Below, piece by piece: positions 52,622-62,072 of a stretch of DNA of 64,000 nucleotides. Made by a program: the position numbers and the translations under genes. Positions within the stretch are counted from its first letter, which is position 1, and each line of letters begins with the position of its first letter. This DNA is from Abditibacterium sp. (GTDB lineage Bacteria; Armatimonadota; Abditibacteriia; Abditibacteriales; Abditibacteriaceae). Below the pieces are notes generated by a model. It made no database searches, had not been told where the DNA came from, and worked only from the letters and a program-made list of their open reading frames with translations. The stretch lies in contig OZ251992.1 of the NCBI GenBank assembly GCA_965246885.1, forward strand, positions 2,496,001-2,560,000, given 5' to 3'.

Positions 52622-54201
52622 TGAGAAGCACCATCGGCGTCTTCGACCAGCACATCAGCCGCCATTTTTTTCAACATCGCGCGCGTCAGCCCAACTTCCA
52701 CCGTAAAATCGGCATCGTCTATGAAACGCACCACGCGGCTTTTGAACTCTTCGAGCGAGTCGGCTATTGTTTTGTCCTCATCTCCCGGAACCAAATCGGG
52801 GGACAAGCCAATGTAAATCGTTCGGGACTCGAACAAATCCTTCCAGTCCTGCACAACGGCTTCCAATCGGCGCAAGTCAAGTCGAGGCAAGTCATTGCTT
52901 CCCACCCAGACCACATCAAAAGGGGAGTCTGCACATTTCATGAATGCGCCAACAAAAGCGCGTGGCTTCAAGCTGCCATCATGAAGAGCGCCAGATGCGG
53001 GGCCACCCGCATTGCCAATTTCTCCGAGAGAGGTGAGAGCTTTTTTGATGCGGTTGCTCCGTTCGGACGTGGGCAACTGGATGTAAGAGACCGTCTCACC
53101 ACTTTTAGAGTAAGGATCGACTTCGGCCTTTTGCTCGTAGTCTTTTGGCAAATCCTCCGCGAGCAGATCCATATTCTTTCCAATGCAGAATTTGCCAACG
53201 CGGAAAGACTCGATTAGAATACGAGTTTTGAGCCAGCCTGAATAAATGCCAACGCGGTTTGGATTAAGAACTGCGTCAAGTCCAGTGGCCTTGATGTGAC
53301 GTGCCATAACCTGAAATTCAGACGCTCTTTTGATACCGCTAAACGCGAGAAGTGCGTGCATCCTGACTGGTGCCGCGCGTCGTGTAGTGTCTTGTTTCTT
53401 CTCGACCGCAAGTTGCGATTTCACTTGGCCCTGCAGGTTTTTGAAGCGCGCCTCACGCAATTGCATCTCACCGCCTTTAGTGAGATTGGCCCACGCTTTA
53501 GCTCCCTTAAGACTAGGGAAATTTTTCTGCTCGTAGAAACTCTCATCTTCCAACGCAAAATTCAAGGCATCCACGATGGCTTCGGCGAGGTCGGGAGTCA
53601 AATTGTGGTTATCGGTCAAACCCTGCATTTCTTCGGGCACCAACTCTTCTAACCGCTTTTTCAGGTATTGAGTCAAAGGGTCTGAACTGGTTATCAACCG
53701 TTTCGGCCACTCCTTCTTGCGCTTGAGTTGCTCAACAGCAAAAGACAGATTTGCCTTCAACTCCTCCTGTTTGCGCGCTTTGTCCTCTTCGCTTTGATTT
53801 TCTTCCACCGCTTCGCTCTCTTCCTCAGCTTTTTCTGCTGATGCTCCAGCTATCATGTAGCCGAACAAGTCGTCGTCTTCAAACTCGTAGGGCTTGCCAG
53901 ACGTGTAAGCCTGATTTTTCACTTTGGTGATCGGGCTAAACGGGCCACCCATCGCCTCTCGCCAGTGCTTTTTGAAGCACTGACTGGAAACGTAGGGTAA
54001 AACATCTCCGTTTTGGTCGCGCATGAACTTGAAGTCGTAGCCGCTCACAACACCTTGTCCACGATTGAAGCGCACGGCTTCACCGTAAAAAACCAAGGCG
54101 AGCGCAACAGTGGAGCAAATGGGACGCGGTGCGCTAACTTCTGGCGAGCCGACAGCGGAGTCAGACTGGGCGTCCTGATCTTGAGAAAGTGTGGTGTTCA
54201 T
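52618..54201 (-). CDS. cas7: Cas7 (Cst2/DevR-like), 527 aa with a large internal insertion
   Basis: PYVSSQCFKKHWRE, DDDLFGYM and TRRAAPVR; located between cas8 and cas5; ATGA overlaps on both sides. Confidence 0.88.
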   Translation of the reverse strand: MNTTLSQDQDAQSDSAVGSPEVSAPRPICSTVALALVFYGEAVRFNRGQGVVSGYDFKFMRDQNGDVLPYVSSQCFKKHWREAMGGPFSPITKVKNQAYTSGKPYEFEDDDLFGYMIAGASAEKAEEESEAVEENQSEEDKARKQEELKANLSFAVEQLKRKKEWPKRLITSSDPLTQYLKKRLEELVPEEMQGLTDNHNLTPDLAEAIVDALNFALEDESFYEQKNFPSLKGAKAWANLTKGGEMQLREARFKNLQGQVKSQLAVEKKQDTTRRAAPVRMHALLAFSGIKRASEFQVMARHIKATGLDAVLNPNRVGIYSGWLKTRILIESFRVGKFCIGKNMDLLAEDLPKDYEQKAEVDPYSKSGETVSYIQLPTSERSNRIKKALTSLGEIGNAGGPASGALHDGSLKPRAFVGAFMKCADSPFDVVWVGSNDLPRLDLRRLEAVVQDWKDLFESRTIYIGLSPDLVPGDEDKTIADSLEEFKSRVVRFIDDADFTVEVGLTRAMLKKMAADVLVEDADGASQ

Positions 54202-55514
54202 TGGGATTGTGGGATGGGGTCAACTTTGGCAACGCAAAGCAGGTAAAGCAAGCAGATGGTTTCCAGTGCATTTTTCTCGTGGGAGAGCATTCGCACCTCG
54301 TCCTCGGTCAACCGGAGTTTGGGTTCGTTGATTGGCCCTAAATCCTTCAATAGCGAGAGTAGCTCTCCTGACGTTTGCGAGCGTCCCAACCTCTTGATGA
54401 AAGATTCTCGCGGGCGGTCTTCCATCTTCTCAACTTTTCGAGCGATGCTTTCAAGCGTGTCAAAACGGTCTTTTTTGTCGAGTGCGAAATTTTCGTAGAT
54501 TTCGAGCATTTGTTTTTCTTTAGGCAGCAAAGCGCCATTGTTGTCTTTGCGTGCGTTGATGTGACGCAACAGAACGTAGGCAATAGAGCGGCGCTTTTCG
54601 ATGTCCTCGCAGAGCCGCTCAAAGAGGTCGTTGATGTATGGCTGCTTGGCTTTTGCGTCTTTGAACTTAGGCTTCTCACCCTCTCTGGCCAGAGCGAGAA
54701 ATTCTTTCTTCAGATCGTTTTGTGCCAACGCAGCAAAGAACGTAAGGGCTTGAGCGGGCAAGTGTAATTGATGCCAAACAGCTTTGTCCCCTGAGTTACT
54801 GAAAGTGATCAAGGTAGCTCCATTGACCGCTTTACGCAAGATGAAACCGACGGAGTGCCTGTCCCACAAACGACTTCCAGAAACAATTTCCAAAAGCTCT
54901 GCGCGTCCCGTCAACGAGTTGCGGTTTGTGTAGAGGTCGCTTTTCTTCGCCCTAATCGACATCGCTTGATTGATGGTTTGCCACCCAAGCCTGACTGCTT
55001 CCACCAATAAATCAGGTTCTACAAGGTGGAATAGGTAGGGACCACTGTTGCCAAATTCACAGCCTAACGGCAGCAGAAGAACAGCGCGAAAACAGTTGGC
55101 ACAAAGCAGCTTCCCAGAAAGATTGGGGAATGTGCAAGCATCTCCATCAGTGCTGGCACTGAGCGGAAACCAAGAGCGATTCGCCTCCCCAAAGACTTCG
55201 GACGCTCCACAGATTTGGCAGAAACCTGAGCGCGTCTTTGGCGAGTCAGAAAGGAGACTTTTCACCGTTGCATGATACCATTTGGAGGAATCTAAATTCT
55301 TCCCCATGAAAGGGTTGTTCATCCAGAAAGAAGAGACAACTCCTAAGACATTCAGTGCTTTGCCTTTGCCCTTGTATGGACTTAAATTGTCCTCTAACTT
55401 TCTCAAAGTCAGAATCAAATCCTCTGACTGCACCTCCGAGATAGAAGCCTTATTTTGCTCAACGGCAGCGATAGCGTATCCCACGTCAATGAAAGGGTGT
55501 CCTGTTTGATTCAT
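54198..55514 (-). CDS. cas8: Cas8 large subunit (Cst1/Cas8a1-like, CXXC-CXXC)
   Basis: N-terminal TGHPFIDVG; CQIC...WFPL...FP...LCANC zinc motif; position after cas6. Confidence 0.85.
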   Translation of the reverse strand: MNQTGHPFIDVGYAIAAVEQNKASISEVQSEDLILTLRKLEDNLSPYKGKGKALNVLGVVSSFWMNNPFMGKNLDSSKWYHATVKSLLSDSPKTRSGFCQICGASEVFGEANRSWFPLSASTDGDACTFPNLSGKLLCANCFRAVLLLPLGCEFGNSGPYLFHLVEPDLLVEAVRLGWQTINQAMSIRAKKSDLYTNRNSLTGRAELLEIVSGSRLWDRHSVGFILRKAVNGATLITFSNSGDKAVWHQLHLPAQALTFFAALAQNDLKKEFLALAREGEKPKFKDAKAKQPYINDLFERLCEDIEKRRSIAYVLLRHINARKDNNGALLPKEKQMLEIYENFALDKKDRFDTLESIARKVEKMEDRPRESFIKRLGRSQTSGELLSLLKDLGPINEPKLRLTEDEVRMLSHEKNALETICLLYLLCVAKVDPIPQSQ

Positions 55515-55524
55515 GATGATCTTC

Positions 55525-56232
55525 TTAAATCAAGCTCCCAAATCCCATCCCAGTATGCCCGCCAACCCCAACATTCCATGCGAAGCGCACGGCTTCGGGG
55601 GTGGGGGCTTCGATGATGACGGGGCAGAAGCTGGCGCGCTTTTGGAAGTCGGGGCCGGTGGGGTTGTCTTTGATGTGGATGAGTTTTGATTTGGGCGTGG
55701 GATACGCGCGGTCGAAGCGGGCGGTGGCGCCTTGACACAGGTCGGGGTGTCCGGCGGCGGCGAGTTTTTGGTGGAGGGCGCGCGTGAGCAGTTCGTCGGC
55801 GCGCGGGTGGTTCCACAGGATGTGGGCGTCGGGGCGCTCGAGTGCGTCGCCGCGCACGAAGACGGGGCTGGCCACGCGAAAGGTGTGGCGCGCGCCGAAG
55901 TCGGGCGTGGCCTGCGCATAGGTTTCGACGATTTCCATGCCAAACAGGAACTCGGCGCGAAGCGTTGTTGCCTCGATCACGCGCTCGATGAGGGCTTGGC
56001 CGTCGGGGGTGTCGGGCGCGCTCAGAAACCAACTCGCGCCAAACGGAAAGTCGAGTCCGCCCTCGCGGGGACGGTTGCGCGCGCTTTGAATCCCGCCGAG
56101 CGAATACAAACTGAGCGCGTTGTGCTGCGGATTGTTGTTGCCCAGCCACGAATGGAACAGCGTCGTGAGCGGCCCAGCGTAGTTGAAAGGCACGGTCTGG
56201 CGGTTGGGCAATAATTGGAAGTAAAGTCTCAT
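55525..56232 (-). CDS. cas6: Cas6 endoribonuclease
   Basis: MRL...VPFNY, SLYSLG and C-terminal Gly-rich GVGGHTGMGFG loop. Confidence 0.95.
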   Translation of the reverse strand: MRLYFQLLPNRQTVPFNYAGPLTTLFHSWLGNNNPQHNALSLYSLGGIQSARNRPREGGLDFPFGASWFLSAPDTPDGQALIERVIEATTLRAEFLFGMEIVETYAQATPDFGARHTFRVASPVFVRGDALERPDAHILWNHPRADELLTRALHQKLAAAGHPDLCQGATARFDRAYPTPKSKLIHIKDNPTGPDFQKRASFCPVIIEAPTPEAVRFAWNVGVGGHTGMGFGSLI

Positions 56233-56236
56233 GGGA

Positions 56237-57232
56237 TTAAGGTTGGAACTCTTGGGCCGAAGCCCCCTGTTCGTAACCCGGTGTCATGGCGCACAGATGC
56301 TCGCGCACCAAGGCCACCAGTTCGGGCGGTGCTAAGGCCCGCGCGTGGCGACCATAGCCCAACACCCAGCGCGCCACTTCTTGGAGTCCCGAAGCGGGGA
56401 ACTCCAGCAACAAACCGCCATCGGGCAAGGGCTGTTTGTGCTGCTGCGGGTGCCAGTCGCGCTCGGCGATATAGCGCGCTTGGTAGGCGTCGAACCACAC
56501 GCGCACTTGGTGCGTCGTTTCGCCCGCTTCGGCGCAAAACATCGTGCGAATGTAGGTTTCGGCATTGAACGCCGGACTGATCACAAAGTTCGAGGCGAGC
56601 GGCTCGAACTGCGTGACGCGCGCGATGTTGAAGCAACGGATGGCGCCCCGGTTCTCGTCCCACGCGATGAGGAACCACTCGCCGCGCAGCCAGCGCACAA
56701 GGTAAGGATGGACAACGCGCTCGCTCGACTGTCCGCGCGAGGCGGTGAAGTAGTGCATCTTCACCTTTTGGCGCCGCGACTGCGCGCTGCATAGCGCCTG
56801 ACAGGTCGCGGCATCCACCCGCGCGGCGGGCGACAACCCAAACGAGGTCGCCGCGCGCAGTTCGTTCAAGTCCACCGAGACCGGGCCACTCGCGGTCGCC
56901 GCGATTTTAGCGACGACGCCCGACAGCGCCTCGCCAAAGCCGGTGTTGCCAATCGAGCGGGCGATCTCGACCGACAGGAAGAACGCCAACAGTTCGCCCT
57001 CACTCAGATGAACCGCCGGAAGCACCCACGTCGCGTCGCGGTAGCACCATCCGCCCCGTTTGTGGTGGAAGACAATCGGCGCACCCATCGCCAACAACTT
57101 GAGGCGGTCGCGGTAGATCATGCGCTCGTCCACACCCAACGCAAGGGCGAGCGAACGCGCGCCGGGATACTCCCCGGCCCGTACGCGCCGGTCGATCTCC
57201 ACGAGCCTGACCCACTGGTTCGTCGTTGCCAT
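56237..57232 (-). CDS. HTH-WYL-WCX transcriptional regulator heading the cas operon
   Basis: LALALGVDERMIYRD HTH; RVVHPY...WFLIAWD...IRCFNIARV WYL; RWVLGYG...LAPPEL WCX. Confidence 0.93.
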   Translation of the reverse strand: MATTNQWVRLVEIDRRVRAGEYPGARSLALALGVDERMIYRDRLKLLAMGAPIVFHHKRGGWCYRDATWVLPAVHLSEGELLAFFLSVEIARSIGNTGFGEALSGVVAKIAATASGPVSVDLNELRAATSFGLSPAARVDAATCQALCSAQSRRQKVKMHYFTASRGQSSERVVHPYLVRWLRGEWFLIAWDENRGAIRCFNIARVTQFEPLASNFVISPAFNAETYIRTMFCAEAGETTHQVRVWFDAYQARYIAERDWHPQQHKQPLPDGGLLLEFPASGLQEVARWVLGYGRHARALAPPELVALVREHLCAMTPGYEQGASAQEFQP

Positions 57233-57319
57233 TGCTTCTCGCCACATAGCTTAGCCAATGACAATGGGTGCAGAACGACACATGATGTCACTGGACAAAA
57301 TAACTCTGATTTTCGCCCA

Positions 57320-58335
57320 TTATTTCTCACAGTCGCCTGGCCGCTTCCATCGCCTCGTGCGCGCTGGGCCGCTCAACCCGCACCCCGAAATGCCCTGCCC
57401 ACTCCCGCGCAACGGCGTGCCCGCGCCCCCATCGCCCGCGCGTAGCCCGCACCCCAGCGCCGCGCAAATACCCTCCCGCCACCCCGGCAACCGTGCGGGC
57501 AATTCCACCTCGTCCGGGCACCCGGCGACCCCCAGCGCCTCGCTGCCCCCCACGAAGGGATGCCACGTCGCCCGCTCGCAGCAGCCCAGCGCCCAGCTCG
57601 CAGTCGCCCCGCGCGGCCCCATCTCGACCACGAGAGCGAGGCGCAATGCCTCTACCCTGTGCAGCGTCGCATGGTCGCACCCGAACACCTTGCGGATGCG
57701 CCCGTCCGCGCTCTGGCGCCAGAAGCGCAGCGTTTGATGAAGCCTGCTCCCCGCGTCCCGAAGCTGTTCCCCCACCCGGTTGTGGAACGCCACGCCCTCT
57801 ATCTCGACCAGAGCGCGCATCCCGCGCGGGCAGATGAAGTCGCCAAGGAGCACGGCAAAGACATGGCGCCGGGCGCTCGCCTCCTCGCGCAGGTCGAACA
57901 GGACGCACTCGCCCCCGCACCCCATCAGAAAGCCGAAGCTCAACCGGGCGTCGAAGTGCAGGCGCGCCAGACCACCGCACGCGCTAAGTTCGGGCAGCAG
58001 GGCGAGTGAGTCTGTGTCCCGGCGTTTGGATTAGCCAAGCGCAAGGAGCGCCTGCCACAACCGCCCGGCTTCGTCCCGATCCCACACCACCTTGGGGATC
58101 AGGGGCGCACCCCGCACGAAAGTCGCTTCCCCGCCCGCTTCTTGAAGCACCATGAGCGCCCCCCGTCGCAGAATCTGGCCATGCGCCCCCGGAACGCGCG
58201 CCCCTCCAAGCCCCGCACATTGAGGTAAAAAGTAGCTTCGACCGGCGCTTCCCAGTGGGCGGGGTCGAAGAACTGCCGGGAGTGGGAGTCAAGCGTGAGC
58301 GTTTGGGGCTGTGCAGGGAGAGCGGGGTTTGACAT
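57320..58335 (-). other. Possible hypothetical gene or disrupted gene (fragments 58099-58335 and 57320-57943)
   Basis: Two protein-like ORF pieces on the same strand as the neighbours; no family recognised. Confidence 0.3.
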
Positions 58336-58732
58336 AATGAGGAGCGCCGCCTGCTCTTCCCCAACGGAGCCAAACGGAGCGGCACCCCCAAAGTGAAACC
58401 CGCGAAAAACCGCGACACAATCCCCCGCTTTGGCTTTGTCTTAAGCGCGCAGAGGGCAAATTATATGAGAAAATGCCGCAGTTAATCCGCCGTGCTATAG
58501 TCGTTCACGCCCTCGTTGCGTCGAGCAAGGAGTTTAGTCAAATTGCCTAAACTCACCTCCCCTCGCCCAGTCTCTGAACGTTCGATCACGGTGCCTTCGG
58601 CGAACCGTGAAAACCACCCCCGCTGGCCATCTCGCCCAAAGCAGCGAGGACGCTTTTCCGTTTTTCGACTTGGCTTTGCCGGAAAGAATTCCAAGAAACA
58701 CAGTGCCCTATTTTACAATTGTCCCGGTGTGG

Positions 58733-59446
58733 CTATCTAACCGCACGTTGGCGGGCGATGTCAAGAGAGCGGGTCACCCAACGGGCGGGCCAGCCGCGAT
58801 TCCACAGCAAAAGGCAGAGGGTGGTGCGGGCGGGAATTTCCTCTGGCGGGGTTTGGGCGGTGATGGCGGCGCCGCGTTCGAGGAGGGCGGGGAGCGAGAA
58901 GGCGTCGCCGGTTCCCCAGCGCGACGGGGGCAGGGCGTCGGGGCCGACGAAGACTTGAGCGTAGAAGCGAATGGCGCGGCCATCGGAGCGGGCGGCGCGG
59001 CGGAACAGGTCGGCGAGGCGATGCTTGACGCCGATGAAGCCAAAACCTAACTCGCCGCTTCGTTCAATTACCCCGGCTTCCCACCCACCGGTGGCGCGCG
59101 GCGAGGTGGCGAGGGCGGCGCTCCATAAGCGCGCTTCCCCCTCGTCCAAGCGCGGGTCGCCCGCCGGGTCAAGTTCCATCGCCGCGCGCGCCACTTCGCA
59201 AAACAGCCGCGCAAGCGGGCCGCGTTGTTGAGGATGCACGCCAAAGCGCCACAACTCTTCGCCCTGCGCGAAAAACGCCGCGCCGCACCACTCCCCGAAG
59301 CGTTCGCACATCGCTGCCGCGTCGGGGCGCGCATCTTTGTGAGCATCGAACCACGCTTGCCACGCTGCGGCGCCCGCGTTGAAGGCGCGCCGCGACTCGA
59401 ACAGCGACTCGTCTTCAGGGCGGGCGAAACGGGACAGCGTCGTCAT
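58733..59446 (-). CDS. Hypothetical protein, last gene of the ZorAB-like operon
   Basis: 237 aa ORF with ATGA overlap to the MotB/OmpA-like gene; no recognisable motif. Confidence 0.7.
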   Translation of the reverse strand: MTTLSRFARPEDESLFESRRAFNAGAAAWQAWFDAHKDARPDAAAMCERFGEWCGAAFFAQGEELWRFGVHPQQRGPLARLFCEVARAAMELDPAGDPRLDEGEARLWSAALATSPRATGGWEAGVIERSGELGFGFIGVKHRLADLFRRAARSDGRAIRFYAQVFVGPDALPPSRWGTGDAFSLPALLERGAAITAQTPPEEIPARTTLCLLLWNRGWPARWVTRSLDIARQRAVR

Positions 59447-60339
59447 CGGGCGGCATCCTTCATCAAATGCTGGACGCGCGCTTCGGCTTGGAGGGCGGAA
59501 GAAAGCGACGCGAGCAGTTGGTCAAGGGGCGGCGCGTCGCGCTCGGTGTACTCGATCTTGAACTCGACAACCGGCAAGCGCCGCACTTGGTCGCCGCGCC
59601 CCGAAGCAATCACCCACGCCGACGGCAACACACCCAAGCCCGCGTTATACGGCTCGCGCGCGGCCTGATACTCTTGCAAGTGCCACTCGTGGAAGCGCTT
59701 TGGATCCCAAATCTTGGCGACTTTGGCCCGATAGTCCACCTTGTCGCCGTCGGGAGTGCGCGTCGTGAGGAAGCGAAAAATCGGGGACTTGTAGTCTTCG
59801 GTCACGTCGCCCAGAACATGCGTCTGGCTCCAGAACGCGCGGATTTTTTCGGCGCGCGCTTGCGAGAGGGGCCAGACATCCTTCTCATCCGGCGCGGCGT
59901 GGCCTTCGATGACGATGGATTTGATGCGCGAACGTTGGAGGAGGAGAACGCGCCCGAACGCGCCCAAGACTTTTTGCGCGGCGCTGGGCGCGGCGAAGAC
60001 GGTGGAGTTGTGCCCGAAGTCGAGGCGTCCTTGCAAGAAGCGGAAGCGTTGGATGGTGCCGTCGTCCTCGACTTCCAGCACGTCGCCGATTTGGTATTTG
60101 CTTTGGTTATCGGGCGCGCGCTGGTTCTTGATGAGACCCGCCCCCGACAATTGTGAGATGAGCGCGTTAGCGATGGCCAAGCGACGCGCGTCGCGCTGGG
60201 CGATGAGTTCCATCTGCTCCGAATACACCGTCGTCGAAAGCAGAAACAGCGCGATGATGCACACGAGCGACACCATCACGTCGGCCAGCACCACGAACGG
60301 ATTGGCGAAGAACTCGAACGCTCCGCGTTTACGTCTCAC
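59443..60339 (-). CDS. MotB/ZorB-like protein: single TM with conserved Asp plus OmpA-like domain
   Basis: PFVVLADVMVSLVCIIALFLL TM; IVIEGHA...WPLSQARAEKI; IASGRG; RRLPVVEFKI. GTG 60339 overlaps the upstream TGA (GTGA). Confidence 0.82.
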   Translation of the reverse strand: MRRKRGAFEFFANPFVVLADVMVSLVCIIALFLLSTTVYSEQMELIAQRDARRLAIANALISQLSGAGLIKNQRAPDNQSKYQIGDVLEVEDDGTIQRFRFLQGRLDFGHNSTVFAAPSAAQKVLGAFGRVLLLQRSRIKSIVIEGHAAPDEKDVWPLSQARAEKIRAFWSQTHVLGDVTEDYKSPIFRFLTTRTPDGDKVDYRAKVAKIWDPKRFHEWHLQEYQAAREPYNAGLGVLPSAWVIASGRGDQVRRLPVVEFKIEYTERDAPPLDQLLASLSSALQAEARVQHLMKDAAR

Positions 60340-62072
60340 GAACGGCTCCCCGGCCACGAAATAACGAGACCCTTATCCAACCGGGCGGTTGAAGCGCGCA
60401 TTTGGGCGACTTGCACATTCAGGGTGTGCACTTGCGCGGCGATGGACACGACGTTGGCTTGCAGGTTTTGCGACACCTGCGCTGCGCCGCGCAGTTCGTC
60501 GCGCAACGTTTCGACTTGCGCACCGACGCCGTTCAGCCCGCTTAGCGATTGGCCCAGCGACTGCGGCAGTTCGCGCACGATGGCCTCGCGCAGTTCGCCG
60601 CGCAATCCAACGAGCTCTTGCCGTACCTCGCTCACGTTGTCGCCCACGCGCTTGAATCCGGCGCCCTGCCCGTTTTCGATGAGCAGGAGCGGCTCGTTGC
60701 CCAGCGACGCCGGAAGCGCCAAAATCGTTTCTTCGACGCGCAACGCATATTCGCCCATGCCGTCCAGCACGGCGCGGAATTGGTCGAGCAGCAGCTTTTC
60801 GCTTTGGACGCCGCCCTCAATGGCGTCGGATACGCGCAGCAGACCGCGCGCGATCTCCTCGCGTAGCGTCGAAAGCGCGGTTTGTGTCGCGGCCTTCATG
60901 TCGGCGCCCAGCGACAGGGCGGAACTTTGCGCGTCGCGCGCGAGTTGTTGGCTCGACAGCGCGGATTCGAGCATCACGCCGTGTGTTTTAGCGTTTTCGG
61001 CCAGCAGTTCGCGGCGCAGTTCGCCCAATTCCACGAACGTGCGGCCCGCGCCCAACACGGCTTCGCGGAGGGCGCCCAGACTTTCTTGCCCGGCGCTGTT
61101 CCATTCGCGCGTCGCGCTGCCAAGCGTTTCGCCGTGCGTTTGGATGGTGCTTTGCAAGTCGCTTAAACCGCCCGCGAGTTGGCTGGACGCACCCGCGAAA
61201 CCCAGCGCGGCGCCGTCCAAGGTATCGGCGGACGCCGCCAAACTTTTGGCGATGGCCTCGTTCGCCTCGCGCAGTTCTTTGGCGCTCGCCCCCACGCTTT
61301 GCAGCGATTCTAGGGCGCTGCCAATGCCCTGCGTGAAGCCGTTGGCGATGATTTCCATCCGCTTAACCGCCGCTTCGAGGCGCGGCAACTCTTCGGTGCG
61401 CTCCATCATTTGTGCGGCGAGTGGCTCGATTTCGAGCAACGAGAACTCCTCGACTTCCTCGCGCAAACGCTCCCAGCCGCGCTCTTGGGCGTTGATTTTA
61501 CCGGCCAAAACGAGCGTGAAGCCCACGCCCGCCGCCGTTGACCCAAAGGCCGCGCCCATGCCGCCGAACACCGCCGTCATGTGCGCGACGACTTCCTTTA
61601 GGCCCGTCGCCGCCGAAGTTTCCGCCGCGTTGCGTCCGACCAGAAACGCCAGTTGCGCCACCGCCTGTCCCAAGCAAACGAGGGTTCCCGCCAATCCGAT
61701 GAACACAAAAGCGCCTTGCCAGTAGCGCGCTTCTTCGGTGACGGCGTAGAAAATCTGCGGAAGCGTCGCTTCGGGGCGGCGCGAGCGGTTGCGCGAGGTG
61801 AGCCGCGCGCGCTTCCACACGAGCGTATTGGTGACTAGCACAGATCTGAGCTTGTCCACGAGCGCCGCCGCGTTGTCTCCGGCGGCGCGCGACTCTTCGA
61901 CCAGCTTCGCGGCGCCATCCAGCGCCGCGCGCTCGATGGACAGCGCTTCCGCGAGCGCGTTCAGTTGCGCGTTTTGCCGTTGAAAACGCACGAACAGGTA
62001 CAAGAACACCCCCGCGACGATGGCCAGTTCAACCAAACCCGCCGGGGTGAGAAAGGGGGAAAGCCAGTTCAT
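60336..62072 (-). CDS. MotA/TolQ/ExbB-like (ZorA-like) three-TM protein with long helical cytoplasmic tail
   Basis: TM1 near residues 10-29; FIGLAGTLVCL and GMGAAFGSTAAGVGFTLVL channel motifs; about 370 aa Ala/Leu/Ser/Gln-rich heptad-like tail. Confidence 0.82.
   Translation of the reverse strand: MNWLSPFLTPAGLVELAIVAGVFLYLFVRFQRQNAQLNALAEALSIERAALDGAAKLVEESRAAGDNAAALVDKLRSVLVTNTLVWKRARLTSRNRSRRPEATLPQIFYAVTEEARYWQGAFVFIGLAGTLVCLGQAVAQLAFLVGRNAAETSAATGLKEVVAHMTAVFGGMGAAFGSTAAGVGFTLVLAGKINAQERGWERLREEVEEFSLLEIEPLAAQMMERTEELPRLEAAVKRMEIIANGFTQGIGSALESLQSVGASAKELREANEAIAKSLAASADTLDGAALGFAGASSQLAGGLSDLQSTIQTHGETLGSATREWNSAGQESLGALREAVLGAGRTFVELGELRRELLAENAKTHGVMLESALSSQQLARDAQSSALSLGADMKAATQTALSTLREEIARGLLRVSDAIEGGVQSEKLLLDQFRAVLDGMGEYALRVEETILALPASLGNEPLLLIENGQGAGFKRVGDNVSEVRQELVGLRGELREAIVRELPQSLGQSLSGLNGVGAQVETLRDELRGAAQVSQNLQANVVSIAAQVHTLNVQVAQMRASTARLDKGLVISWPGSRS

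Noticed and set aside
58482..58694. Possible XRE-HTH remnant (IERSETGRGEVSLGNLTKLL)
   Set aside because: Similarity is short, with no convincing start or first helices.
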